From the NCBI GenBank assembly GCA_977018835.1, contig OZ361257.1, positions 3,286,001 to 3,350,000 of the forward strand: a stretch of DNA of 64,000 nucleotides, written 5' to 3'. The notes under the pieces are model-generated. The model searched no databases and had not been told where the DNA came from. It saw only the letters and a program-made list of their open reading frames with translations. The DNA is from Minutocellus sp. GHC0000111. Its lineage: Eukaryota. The position numbers were made by a program, and so were the translations under genes. Position 1 is the stretch's first letter, and each line of letters starts with the position of its first letter. Shown piece by piece: positions 34,101 to 47,202 of the stretch.

Positions 34101-37100
34101 AGAAGGCTTACTGGCAAGAGGAGGGAACTGAAGAGCAAATAGAGAATATGCAAAGAGGAGATGATCATGATGATGATGATGATGATGCTCCCAGCATCGT
34201 TCGTTATGCGCCCGATGCTAGAATTATCAGATATGGGGCCAAAGCGAAAGGCTTCAAACGTAATGTCGAGGCAATCGATGCTACTCGGAATGAATCTGGC
34301 TCGGATCATCTACATGGTAGAGGAGATGACGACATAGCCTCGAAATATGAGGATGCACAAAGCACCCTTCTCGATATCAAATTTTCCCTCAACGGTATTG
34401 TTGGAAAGATCATTCGAGACGATCATCTCGCGCGCATGGATGACTTCTCAGCAGAACCTCCCAATGAGTACGAAATCATACGCTTGATTGTAAAAGGAGT
34501 GGACTTTTCGGTCGTTTCTTATTCTGGTGGGAAGAAGACGCTTCATTTGAGTTTACACCGAATTGACTTGTATGACATGGGGGACGTAGAGCGATTGGCT
34601 CTAGAAGAATTCTACAGAGTCAATCCCAGTCTTGAAATGGGCAATTACAAGCTGAGACTGAAGGAAAGAAGAGGACGAGTGCGCAAGCCGAGTGCCTTCT
34701 CTGTGCTTGCAGAGGGATATCAACCACCAATCAACGAACAGAACAGCGCTAGTAGCGTGTCCCCGTCAGGTCAGAGTGACCCACAAGTCATTCTTTCGAT
34801 CGAGACTCGGCCATCTTCCGACGCGGCAGCATTCAAAGAAGCAGACGATGCTTCCATTGATAGAGACGGGTCGAATTTGAATAAGACGACGGTGGCTCGA
34901 GTTGTGATCAATTACCTCAGTTTGTGTGCCCTGATGCCTCCTCTCGTCGAGACAGCCGAATTCTTTTCGGCGTGTACGATACACGTTACGAAAAAGAGTT
35001 TTGATGAGGTTCAAGACATCCGCCCCGATATGTCCGCGCTAGATATGGATCCTGATAGCAGTGCTTCGAGAGACGAGAGCAAACAGGCGAGGTCGGGCTC
35101 GGGTGGTGGCATTCACATCAAACTTGTTGCTCAATATCCTCGGATGTTTTTGCTTGCGGACGAGAGTGATCCCCACACAAGAGCTCTAGTCCTGCGGGGC
35201 CTTGCTGTCGTCAATGCAAGTAAGGAGGACGAAGCGGACGATCTTTCAAGAATTCTTTCCGTGACTTCTATTGATGCAAACTTCCATCACATGGAGAGCT
35301 ACATCAACCCAAATGTCGATAGCGCACTTGGACCCAATCGACACTCTACTGCGAAGAATAGTGATGATGTATCATCTCAAAATATAAAAGGGGAGGGAAA
35401 ATGTCAGGAACTTGGCATTGCGCTGATAGAACCTGTGACGGCGTCTTTTGATTTCTGTCGGATCGACCAGGTACTCCATCCAACATCTCGAACAGTCTAT
35501 CTCACCATGGAACCCGTCTCAACAACCCTGAGCTTTGAGGACATTGGACTCTTGGACGTCGTCCTCAAACGTTGGTCTTCGGAGAGAAAGCAACGCCGAG
35601 GCTCGATGGAAATAATTGAAGACGTTGTTGTCAAATCTGCGCCACCTGAAGAGAAATTGTCGCGTGCAGATATGGTGGAGAGAAGCCGAGAAAAAGTAGC
35701 GATGGGTCCCGTGGAACATCGTGATATTATGAATCAAAATCATCCTTGGGGTGACCACGAAAGCACCAAGTTCAAACAAAAGAAGGAGAATATAGAGTAT
35801 GATGTGGTATTTGAGTACAAGAAACTTGGAATTGGGCTTCGTAGATCTGGTGATGGTGGAGCCGTTGTTGAGAGTGTGCAGGCAAGAGAGTTGCTTGCGT
35901 CTATCGAGCCTGGCGACATTCTTCTTTCTGTTGACTCCAAACCATTTGTCTGGGTTATCTTTTGGTTCGATCGTCGAACTTATTTCACTTTCCCCTCGAC
36001 CAATGACAATACACTTTCAGCGCGAAATAGTTCGCGTCGTCGCAATTCCATGTTCACCCACGACGACTGTCTCTGTTGAGGATTCATCTGAGAAAGTCTC
36101 AGGGGCCAAGGCAAAGGAACTTTCTATCGGAGTTCATCAAGGTCCAGATACAAGTAGTCACGACGACAACAAGTCGATGATGGATCTCCATCCCAACTTC
36201 ACAGCTGCCACTGCTAATACAAGACGCGGCGATAGCTCGCTGCGATTCACAGCGCTTCCTTTCACTACTTCATTTTCCGGCAAATGCACGACGGGAATCC
36301 AACTGGACAAGAGTGTTTGTGGTAATCTCGCCGTTGTTTCGCACATCGATCCTGTTCAATATTTCGAATCGTTGGATTCCGCTATGTTCTCTCTCAAAAG
36401 ACGCGTCCCAAGACCTGGAGCCATTATTTTAGCCCATGATGGTAAGCCTTCTACTGATATGGGATGCGAAGCCGTAGAAGAAATGCTGTCGAAGAAGAGC
36501 GGCGGCGAGGAGACTTTTTCTCTTACCTTCCTGGAGGCCGAATCTGAGTGTTGGCCCGTGTACGATCGGTTTGACGTCCAGATTGCAGGCTTGCGCCTTA
36601 CTTTGATCGATGATATCAACGGCAGGGACATGCCCGTTCTTAGGGCCAACATCAAAAGATTTTGCGCCCACATAGAACGGGGATTTGGCCTTGAGACCAG
36701 CGCGGTTGCGCTGGAACCCCCTTTGTTGCTCACATTGCCCTCTGTAGAGTCAGCAGATGCTCCTGATTGCCAGGTAAGCGATCTTTCCGAATCTGTCAAT
36801 AGAGTTCATGTCCAAGCAGAGCTCGGTCTGGAGTACTACAATGCTCGCATTGCCTCGTGGGAACCATTTTTGGAGCCACAACTTTTGCGTATCCTCTATG
36901 AACGCCAAAACGGCAATACCGAACTTGCCCAGCCTCGACCGGGTAGCATTGCATTTGAGATCTCAGATGGCAGCTTGGTTGTTGCGGGACTCCCACAAAG
37001 TATGCAGTCAACCAAAGACATTGCTCCATCAATTGCATCCATTAATTTGACAGACTCCGCTGCAGAGATGCTCTTTCGTGCATATTTTGAGTGGCGACAA

Positions 37101-40100
37101 TGGCGCATGGAGAAGAAGGGGGGACTCTCGGATAGGAGTGTACCTTCTACTATAACGGACGATACTAAGGAGATTGGAGCAGAATCACTTGGAGCAGTAG
37201 CAACACCCGTCTCTCTCAAATCGACGCCTGGTACCAGCAGTCCCACAAAAGCTGCCCAAGAAGCTGCCTTGGCTGCCCTGAACTTTGCCCAGAGAAGAGG
37301 AGCTTCGACTCAGCAGAAAGGTGATTCGGCGAAGCCGTTTTTGCTTCGAAATCAGACGGGGATGCGAATTGCCTTCGTCCAACAAGACAATGCCAAGAGT
37401 GTCAGTAAACGTCGATTATCCAGGAAGGAACAAAAACAGCCTTCAAGTACAGCCTCGGCTGGGGACGAATCATTCCTCAATACTTTTGACTCCTATCAAA
37501 GAGGATCAGAAAGATTCGACGCTTCGATGGCCCTCATCGTCGAAGACAAGGAAGAGGCTCGATTTAGTATGGACGTGCTTGCTGAAGAAGAGGAAAACGA
37601 CCAATCTGCGTCGGCTCGTAATGTGCAAAAGTCGATGAAAAGATTGAGACGTGAATACGACGGGCGCTTCCCACGTTTAGCAGTGTCTCTTGATGGCTCC
37701 CCCCATAACGTTGCACTGGATTTAGTCAATGACTTGCCTGTCGTGAAGATAGGAAAGAGCCTCAGAAGGCTCCGAGTCCGGCGAAAGAGCATAAAAGCAG
37801 AGAATACGGCCCAATACATACTTGTACTCTGGAATGTCGAGCTAGAAAACAATCGCCGGATTCTCACCATCAGCAGCGCTGTCAGCATTGCATCTATTGG
37901 TTGTGGAATTCCATTTGAAGTCGGTATCAAGCACTATGCTTCGACATTTCATAATGCAGACGAGAGGTGCGGCAACGATACCGGTGGCAATAACGCGATC
38001 GTCGAAGAGAATGGCGCCAATTCAAGTATAAATGCTTCGTTTGATTCGGTGCAAACAATTGGTATTGCTTGCCCCGGGTCCCCATGCTTTTTGCCTCTTT
38101 GGCTTGACCTACAATTTGAGGTTGCATCGGTCTTTGTGAGGCCAGCATCACAAGACATGAATTCATCTGATACCCACCTTTACGCCTGGAGCAGCAGTAG
38201 TATCTTGGACTTTCGACATTGGTCAGATCAAGATTTATGGGGATGGAAAGACCGTGTTGGGAGTGGAGTAGTACGCTGTGCACCTACGCTTCCCATGCAA
38301 GGTGAATTATTGCCAGCTCACTTGTCATTTTCATGTTCTCATTCGAAGAACGCAAATTATAGCAGTAGTAATACCACGCCAGCCAATTTAAAGGGCACGG
38401 AAGCAATTGACGGAGACCAGAAGGAAACAATGGAATCTATCAGTGTTGTCATTGGGACGACACTCAGCTTGCGAAATATGCTTCCCGCGCCAATTGAATG
38501 GGAAGTATCGAATAAATGCGGCTCGGACGATTCCGAGCGATTGGATGGTTCTTTCCTGCGCTACCTTCAGATTCAGAAGTACGGTTCTGCACCCTTTACA
38601 TCACCACCGACGGCTAGTCTAAGCGGAAGCGCCAGTAGCACTTGCAATTTACACAGTGGAGCTGGGGCAGAGGTCTTTGCGTGCGATGCTTCTTCATACA
38701 AGGAAGATATTCAGATTCGATTCAAATGTGGGTCAGTTATTGATGACTGGACCGATTGGGTGGCTATCAATATCCTAAATGATGATAATGCTCCGGGGCT
38801 AGCTGAAGTAGAGGAACGACGTCGCCAATCAACAAAGTCTAGTGTTCATGCGAGAGAAATGGACAAAGAAGGGCCAAATGATTCGCTTCGCCAGCACTCT
38901 CCCTCCACTGAGCGACAAACTACTGTTCAGACAGTAGGTTCCTGTGGGTCCCCTTTCACCTTCGGCGTAAAGATTGTTCCCAAGAAGATCTCCAATTTTA
39001 CATCGTCAGCCACACAAGGTGGTGCAATTATCTCGCTTGCTGGTTATGATGTGATAATCTTCGCCGAATTATGGGTTCGCAACTTGACGAACCTGCCGTT
39101 AATATTTGGGGCTCCTTCGGCGCAAGTTTACAAACATAATCAGAAGCAACAGATGAAAGAGAAAAGTGATGATCTGTTGGACTCTGTGCGAAAGGTAGCA
39201 GCAGAAGCCGCCCTGATGGAGTTGACTAGCGTTCTTGAATTTGGAGATAGGGGGAAGGGTCTCAAGGTAAGCCCCGACGACGAACGGAGTCCTGGCGGCG
39301 ACGTACACACTCTTGCAACTCAAGATTACGGCGTCGATGTTGTTGATGAGGTATTTGAATATCTCGAGATGGATCGAACCACGATAAAGCGGCGATGGTG
39401 GGCATCGGAGTCGCATGACAAATCCAGATCTTCTCCATCACTGCATAATGTTCCCGGAGGCAATAGATGGGAGTGGAAGGATGACCGTTGGTCGATTGAC
39501 TGTGCTGGGCATACTTCTGTGGAGGGGTGGGAGAGCTGTCGAAATTTGGCAGGTATTACAAGCTTAACTTTTCGAGGTAAGAGAGAGTACGACCCTCTCG
39601 ACCCCTTCCGGAGAAGAAGATGGTACCGGAGGAGGGGATGTCTGGTCAAAGATGGGCGCGGCCTTGATATCGACAGTCCCGATATATCCCAAAATTCTCG
39701 CGGCACATGTGCAGTATTTCACCACCGTGCCTCTTTGCCACAAAGAGCTGATCAGCGGCAAAGGCAGAGCACTGATACTAGGTCGAAAGATGGAGGTGGA
39801 TCAGAGTCGGGGGGGGAACGACGAGACCGAAATAGCGGGGACAGTGGTAGCAGCGGCTCCGGCGGAAAGAAAAGTGCTGCTGATCAAGTACCTATTCACA
39901 TCAATGCAAAAGTAGGAGATGGACAGTGGAGCTTGCCTGCCAAAGTCCCTGCTCACGGCAGTGGGCACGGAATTCTCCAAATAATCGAATCTCGTTGGCC
40001 TCTGATAACCATAAGCTCGTGGAAGAATGAGAAAGCTCCCCACGCTCTTAGTGACTCGAATCCTCCTGTTCCCTCTGGCGACTTCGTTGGAGAGAATCAT

Positions 40101-43100
40101 CCAAAACTTGGTGTGGGATCCTTGGGTTCTGCCTCGTACGAGGTATGCTACAGTGTATCACCACTTGCTGGGATCTGGGGAGAGTTTACACGTATTCTGA
40201 CCATTTCACCGAGATTCTTTGTCCGCAACGACTCTACTAAGCTCGAAATGTTACTGAAGCAAGTTGGTACGCCCGATACTTCATCTATCACGATTAAATG
40301 TGGCGAAACGAAGCCCTTTCATTGGTCAGACATTCGGCTTCCGGAACTTGTCTGCATCCAGCCATTCTCCCCATCCAATCAGACGTACCGATGGAGTGGA
40401 GGATTTGACATACGTCGTCTGGGCATGACCGCCTTGCGAATCCGCTCCATGTCGACTGATAGCACTTCATTTCTTCGGACTATTCGAGCGCACATTGAAA
40501 TTCGGCCAGGAACCGGAAGTACTGGCCTCATTCTCTCTCTCCGCGAGGAAGACCCATCGGGGCTAGGTTCTCTCTTCCGCATTGAGAATCGGACTCCTTT
40601 CCCCATATGGGTAGGTCAAGATGGTGTGCTTGCAAATCCGATGGCAATGGATCACCAGAAGGTTGTTCGGTTCTCCCCAGATGGGAGGGCACATCCGGTC
40701 CCCGAAGATCCTACGATGGAAGATCTGTCCGGGGCAAATGGTGACATAGCTCGGCCCTTCCAGGAGATTTCTTTTGGCCTCGATGTACCATTTCGACAAG
40801 GAAAGTACGCCGGCAGAGAGGCGGCATCCATGGAGGAGCTTCTTCGTCTGCGAGTTTGTCTAGCTCCAATCCACAGTAGAGATGGTATCGAGTCAACCAA
40901 AATTTTGAGATTTTCTTCAGTTGGCAACTACATTCGACTTAGCCCGTCTCGCCTCATCCAAACTCTCGGTGAAGATCTCGCCACAGAATTATTGGGAGTG
41001 AGAATAGTTGGGCTTGTATGTGCAGATGGTCCAACACGGGTATTGCGGTTTGTGTTGATGGAAAAGGAAGTGTCAGCTTCGTCAACTCTGGGCAATGTGG
41101 TACGACAAGCACTCCAATCTCAGAACAAGCGTGGTTCTGAGGCACAGTTGACGTACGAGGCCGCGGAGAAGACGGCAGAGCTATCGAAGAAACGTCAGAT
41201 TCCGAATGAATTGACGGCCACGAGACAAGCATTCTTTGGCCGTGACCTCTTCGAAGGTCCCATAGACGAAGCGCGCTCGAGGCTCTTTGGCACTTCCTAC
41301 ACTGGCAACGTCTCCGGTAGTGATCCTTCTGACGCTGCAGACAATTCTCATGATCCAAAGTCAGAAATGGACAAAGGCACTAGTATCAGCGACGAAAAAT
41401 ATTCATTCCGAGCTCTGTTCAAGGGTTTTACCTTGAGCATTGTGGACCAAGTTCCCTCAGAAATTGCTGTCGTTTCCTTGAGAGACGTCGTTGCAAGTGC
41501 TAAATGGAATGAACAGCGCACAATAGACGCTCTTGCAGTTGTGTCGGTAGGATGGCTACAGATTGACAATCATTGTCCCAATGCTCCGTATCCTGTTGCT
41601 CTATACCCCGACGATCGAGATCAAGACGCGGACAGAGAAGCAGCCACAAGTGACTACGCAGATGGAAATCAGTCTGGGTGCCGCCAGCCGTTTCTCAATA
41701 TAGGCCTTACCTTCGCTCCTCGTCACTCATCTGGCATCGTCTGTCTTCGTTCTGTCTCAGTTGAACCTAGGGATGTTGTCATTGCTGTCGACCTTGCCTT
41801 TGTGATGAGGTTTCAACGATTTCTTCTTGGCATTCAGCATCACTATGAACGGAGTGTGTCCACGGGACATTCACCGATCGATCAGGTTCGCCCCGCTGAC
41901 CAAGAGAGTTGGGAGTTGCCTGATCTTGAGAAGATCTTCAAGTCTCGGAGCGCTACCGCTGCCTCAGCTGCTGGAGGCAGCGAGAAGCTCTATTTCGAAG
42001 GCCTCAGTATCAGTCCTTGCAGTATTCGGCTATCAGTTGCTCCATCCAAAGCATTGACTCCTGTCCAGGCTGCTCTGGAGGGTCACGAAGCTGCTTCAAT
42101 CCACGCCGCTGTTCGGAAGGGTGATGTCCTGCTGGGGGATGGTTCAGGGGTGCTCGGAGTCAAGGTTGGCAGTACAAATCGTACCGCAGCCGCAGTTATA
42201 CAGGGTGTGTTTAAGTCCATTTTGGTAGAGACGCCCTCCTGCGATGCGATGGTGCCTCCTTGAAATTTTCTGGCGTCGTCCTTCGAAATTACATCTCAAC
42301 GGGGCCGCAACTTGGCACTTACCTTGGTGCTCATTACATCGCTTCCCTCCGCGCAAATGTTCCTGCTCTGATTGGATCACTATCTTTCTTTGGCAACCCG
42401 GTCGGTCTAATCAGAGGACTAGGCGACGGAGTTAGTGATTTTGTTAGCGAGCCTGTCAAGGGTTTGAAGCGAAGCGTGGAGGAATTAGACCCATCTTTTG
42501 TGGTCGATGGCGTTGCCAGGGGCACAGGTTCTCTAGCCAGGCATACCGTTGGCGGAATCGCCGACACGGCCTCTCTTCTTACCGAAACTTTTTCTAAAAA
42601 CATGGCAGTACTGACCCTTGATCGCAAATATGCTCAACGTCGCGACAAGGCGGCGTCCCTTCGTGCCGATGGTGGTAATGTAACGGTGGTGGATGGCCTC
42701 GAGAGCGGCGTCGTTAAGCTTTTGCGGGGTGTTGTTGAGGGAGTTTCCGGCGTAGTCCGGGCCCCCATGCGTGGTGCCGAGAAACGAGGGGTTGAAGGCT
42801 TTGCCAAGGGCATCGGAAAAGGCCTCCTTGGGCTGCTCGTCAAGCCAGTTATCGGCCTATCTGATGCGGCCACGGACGTAATGATTGGTGTCAAGGGCAG
42901 TATCGAGGGTGCCGCCGAGGGTTCTAATCCAAGCTCATCTGCTCGCCTTCGGGACCAGCTTCGTCCCAGGAGAGCATTCTATGGGCGAGACCGCGCCATT
43001 CGTCAGTACGAGCTGGCCGACGCAACGGCTGCAGCTCTTATGATGAGAACACGTCTTGCCACCGAACAATATCTAAGCCACTGCGACATGGGTGGACGAG

Positions 43101-43378
43101 TGGCTCTAATGAGCATTCGTCAGGCGCTGATAATTGGGGAAGATGGGCAAGAACTTCTCGTCGTTAAGTTCAAGCAGATTGCATCAATTGAAGTCCGAAG
43201 AGTTCCGGGAAGCAAGGAGGATCCTCAGAAAATGGTGTGGGGCGTACTGATATTTCTGAATAAGCCCCGAAACAACGGAAGTGAGATTGAGGTTGTGACG
43301 TGCGAAGAAAAGGATATCGCAATGGAGTTGGCAGCGCAGCTAAAACGCGGAGTTGCGTGGGCAAAGTCAGAAGAGTAA
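25164..43378 (+). CDS. VPS13: VPS13-family bridge-like lipid transfer protein (~6,000 aa); introns 29652-29757 and ~33405-33556; frameshifts near 28643, 35946, 42229; in-frame TGA at 29826
   Basis: Chorein-N start MFESYLTNLL...ISAWRGEVVLKDL; LTVTVRNVHIRYED; APVLIIP..LVIDLG; YYNARIASWEPFLEP; ISPRFFVRN..LKQ..PFHW..WSGGF (VAB); LQIDNH..PV; IGSL..FGNPVGL..GVSDFV.EP; GIGKGLLGLLVKP; RPRRAF. Confidence 0.93.
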
Positions 43379-43645
43379 TAGGCTTATGGATACACATGAT
43401 ATGCCAAGCAATAACTTAAATTTACCACTACGTAGCAAGTGCTACCAGTTACGAGTGATAGTCTCTCTACCTAGATCCAGCTAGCAATCTAGCTACACGT
43501 AGCTAGCTATGTAGTACATCTAGAGTGAAGAGACAAGATAAATCAAGGTATCGACCTTTAAGCTCTGCCGTTGTTCATTCTCTAAATGTACTCCTCTATG
43601 CAGTCTTCGTGCAGCTCTCTTTCTCTAGGCTATTATTTGAACGGC

Positions 43646-44798
43646 TCAGAGCTCATCATGATCGCGACCACACACATGTTCAATCACTTTGGGCAATGTC
43701 TCTTGAAGGCTTTTCGCAGCCGTCTGATGGTTCTCAAGGAACTCTTCCTGTGTTGGCTTATCGCCATCTACGATGTCCGTGACTACTTTGATACCAAAAT
43801 GCGGCATCTTGTGCAGTTCACAGGTCCACCCGATGGCAGCAGCCTCCATGTCCTTCACGCTGGCTTCGTTTTTCTTCATGTGAAACTCATCAATGTCGTG
43901 CTTGTCCAAGCTGTTGCCGGTAGTACAAACACCCTCCTTGGCACCTATGGTTGCCTTGAGCTGTGGAACTGACACCGACTTGACAAATCCATAGCCATAC
44001 GGTTCGAACGCGGGGATAGGAATGCGGCGGTCATGATTGGCGGCCCCCGTCGTAAGAAAGACATCACCAATATGGGCATCCATCGCTTTGAATCCACCGC
44101 AGGTGCCCGCATTGATGAGCAGATCGGCCTTGCCATCAAGCTTCTGCAACGCCAAGAATGTGGCGACTGCCGCAGGAACAGTACCGACATTGTCCACTCC
44201 AGTATCGTGAACAGTATCCTTACCGGAGGTAACGACCGTGACCTCGCAATTCTTGTAGGACCCGGTAAAGGCATGGAACGGGGCCTCCTTGGGGAAAAAG
44301 TCGGCGTCGGCCTTGAGGCCGAGATGGTCAATGAACGGCTTGGCCTCATCCTCCATCGCAATGCTGAACACGAGGCTGCATCAAAACACATACCATGGTA
44401 TCAAACGAGCCAGGAGAGCGAAAGGCGCAGAGGTGAGTACCGGTAAGTTGTGAGTTGAGATATCAGGATGGCAGAACGCGCAGAGGCATATGGAAGTGAG
44501 TTGCGAATTGTTGGGCACAAGCCGACTCCAAGCATAATAACAGCATAACAGCGAACGGAGCAACGAGCTTGCGTAATAAGCCCTAAGCAACGCCGCACCA
44601 TACTAAGTACCAACAAGCACCGGCACCACTCAGCACTCACTTATTGATCTTGTCCTTTGGCATGTTGTAAGCGGAAGCTGAAAATTGCTGTCTTGCAGTC
44701 GAAAGTAGAAGGGTCGATAGCCCGAACGAGAAGATGGTGCGAAAGCGACGAGAAGTAGTGGTAGGAATTCTACTACTAGCGGTAACGGCGGTCGTCAT
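43646..44798 (-). CDS. MTN: 5'-methylthioadenosine/S-adenosylhomocysteine nucleosidase; intron 44640-44376; ATG at 44798 or 44663
   Basis: Spliced MPKDKINNLVFSIAMEDEAKP; GVDNVGTVPA, LLINAGTCGGF, TTGNSLD, KDMEAAAI, KVVTDIVDG (plant-type MTN motifs). Confidence 0.9.
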
Positions 44799-45116
44799 CG
44801 TGCTGACTGGAAAATGATGATGAGGCGATGAGGCGAGGATAGGAGGCTGCAAGGCGAGGACCGCGACCGGGGCGGGCACTGACTTTTCTTTCAAAACTCT
44901 AAAACGAATGCTGAGGAAGAGGTACATGTACGTACGCACGTACGCACGCACGTACATCTCGCTGCTGCTGCTGCCTACCCCGCCCTCCCGTTCCCGGAAC
45001 CGGTGGAAAGGAAGTGCAAGTGGAATCTGCGCCCCATTGGCGATTGCCCAATGCTCGGATCGTGGAGTTGCCACTGTGAATATAATCACACTTAGACTTG
45101 CACTTAGCCAGCCACA

Positions 45117-45139
45117 AGGAAGGAAGGAAGGAAGGAAGG
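45117..45139. repeat. (GGAA)n microsatellite
   Basis: About 5-6 GGAA units in an intergenic position. Confidence 0.8.
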
Positions 45140-45337
45140 AGTGATTGTTTGATGCAGCAGATACTAGATCTACCGGTACATGTAGTTCGTTCGTTCTACA
45201 TGTGTCCTAATCTACATGTACACGCAGAAATAATAATAATATTACACTTATCATCAAAACCCATGGGCTGGTGCAGCATCCTTTGAGCACACCAGCCTTG
45301 TCATCTTGCTTCTCTCTAGCTCTATCTCTATAATATG

Positions 45338-46108
45338 CTATTCATGTTCCTCCTTGCAGCACTCATTTTCTTCTTCTTGCTCGGCGCACGACGCCAGAAG
45401 GCATTCCCCAGCACCCAGCGAAATGTACAATTTTCGAAGAGGAAGCGATTTGACGACCGTTATTCTCGGACGCATAACCTCTTTCAAACTCACAATGATC
45501 GGACATATTACTTCGAGAGATGCAGTACCAGCAATGTCGATGGCCAAAAGAGACACGTCTTTCAGTTTGTGGCCGCGCTGGGCCAACACATCCTCCAATG
45601 GCTGGAGAGATTCTCGACAATCCCTCCCTGTCTTGATCTTGGCGACGACAAATTGTACTACTGGCTTCTTGCTCGGATCAACTGGTGGTACAATTTGGGT
45701 GCATGTGCTGGTATCGTCATTGCCCTCCGGTTGAGATGAATTCCCAGCAGCACCTGCGCTTGCAGACATTATCTCCTCGTCTTCCAACGTCGTCCGAAAC
45801 CCTCCCTTCTCGGCATATGCCGTTGATATGGCCACCTCACTCTCCTGCGCATCAACTCCAACCGTCCGGTGACATAACCGCGCAAGCTTCACGGTCGTCA
45901 CGCCTGCCGCGGACCCAATTTCTACCGCAATATCGTCAACTCGAGCAATCTCGGCCAGCGAACGTCGATATTCCGCTGTCGTGCCCCGAACGAGGACGGG
46001 GCAGCCTGCTCCCTCCCATCCTAATCCAATAGTTTTCTCGGCTTTCGTTTGAATGGTTGACATGCATGGTTGTGGGCACGACGTGCTGGCGTTGCGTGCT
46101 GGCCTCAT
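45338..46108 (-). CDS. Class I SAM-dependent methyltransferase-like protein (start uncertain)
   Basis: DDIAVEIGSAAGVTT (motif I), TVGVD (motif II), LLAIDIAG. Confidence 0.6.
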   Translation of the reverse strand: MRPARNASTSCPQPCMSTIQTKAEKTIGLGWEGAGCPVLVRGTTAEYRRSLAEIARVDDIAVEIGSAAGVTTVKLARLCHRTVGVDAQESEVAISTAYAEKGGFRTTLEDEEIMSASAGAAGNSSQPEGNDDTSTCTQIVPPVDPSKKPVVQFVVAKIKTGRDCRESLQPLEDVLAQRGHKLKDVSLLAIDIAGTASLEVICPIIVSLKEVMRPRITVVKSLPLRKLYISLGAGECLLASCAEQEEENECCKEEHE

Positions 46109-46415
46109 TTCGCATTCGATTTCACGGCCAATATTTTTCGCCCGTCCCAGTTTCAGGCCAGGCCCCCTGCCGATTGATGATGATGATACTAGTCTAGTAT
46201 GATGATAGAGCTGAATGAGCAAAGCAAGATACGGCTTGCAGCAATTGCTCCACTCCATTCTTCCACGCTTCCATCCACGCCAGCTACGCTACATAGCCAG
46301 TCTAGAGAGGGATTTCCACTAACCAGGCTTCTGCTTAGATCCCACACGAATCATCACGTTCAAGCGGAATCAATCGTTTCGAGCACGTCTACCCACAGTC
46401 TGAATAAAAACAGTA

Positions 46416-47057
46416 ATGATTCAAACCTTTGGTTACACGTTCCTCATCATCGCCACACTCTTCGTCGCTACCTCGGCCGTATCAGAGGGTGACCTCTGTG
46501 GAATCCATGGGGCTGATTTCCTTGATGGTACTTTTGGAGGAACGAATGCCGTCTCTGGACCAGGCTGCACTCTGGCCGATGGTTCTACCGACTGTTACTG
46601 CATAAGCGTAAAGGACGGAGATCCCCTCGGAGAATGGGAATGGCACTGCAACACCCCCGACGAAACCAAGGTAGAATTTGGACTGGCCGAGGGCAAGACC
46701 TGTCCAGCATCCATCCCAGTTCCGAAGGACTACGAGTCTAGCTCTGGCCAGCCTCTTTGCGATACTGCTCTTCATCCGACTGGACTTGCTGGCGATCCCA
46801 GCTGTGGCTACGACAATTGCGCCGAGGGAGGAGACAGCACGGCGGTGTGCGGGTGTGTCGATTTGGATCTGTATGGCATCCCAGGAGGTGGGATGAAGTG
46901 GTACTGTTTGCACTCTACTTGTTCGAGTGATGATGGATACTGTGGAACAGCTAACGACACGTCGGCCGCTATTAGTTCTAGTTACGGAGATATGGTGACT
47001 TCATTTGGAGTGGCAGTGGTGGCATCGGTACTGATGATGCGGATTGGAGCGGTGTGA
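46416..47057 (+). CDS. Secreted Cys-rich protein, probably GPI-anchored
   Basis: N-terminal signal peptide, many Cys with two C.C...W.C units, Ser-rich spacer and hydrophobic C-terminus (FGVAVVASVLMMRIGAV). Confidence 0.75.
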   Translation: MIQTFGYTFLIIATLFVATSAVSEGDLCGIHGADFLDGTFGGTNAVSGPGCTLADGSTDCYCISVKDGDPLGEWEWHCNTPDETKVEFGLAEGKTCPASIPVPKDYESSSGQPLCDTALHPTGLAGDPSCGYDNCAEGGDSTAVCGCVDLDLYGIPGGGMKWYCLHSTCSSDDGYCGTANDTSAAISSSYGDMVTSFGVAVVASVLMMRIGAV

Positions 47058-47202
47058 TTTTCACGTTGTCTACATGTAGCTCCTCTAATCACCACCACCA
47101 ACAAGCAGCATTTGCGATTGATACCACAAATCTCAATATATTTTTTTCGTCTTGCATGTTTACTACTTATGCTGACTTCATTAGTGAGTATACACAGAAT
47201 AC

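Noticed and set aside
25164..43378. Six separate genes as suggested by the ORF track
   Set aside because: Domain order matches one VPS13; the breaks are explained by two introns, three frameshifts and one stop.
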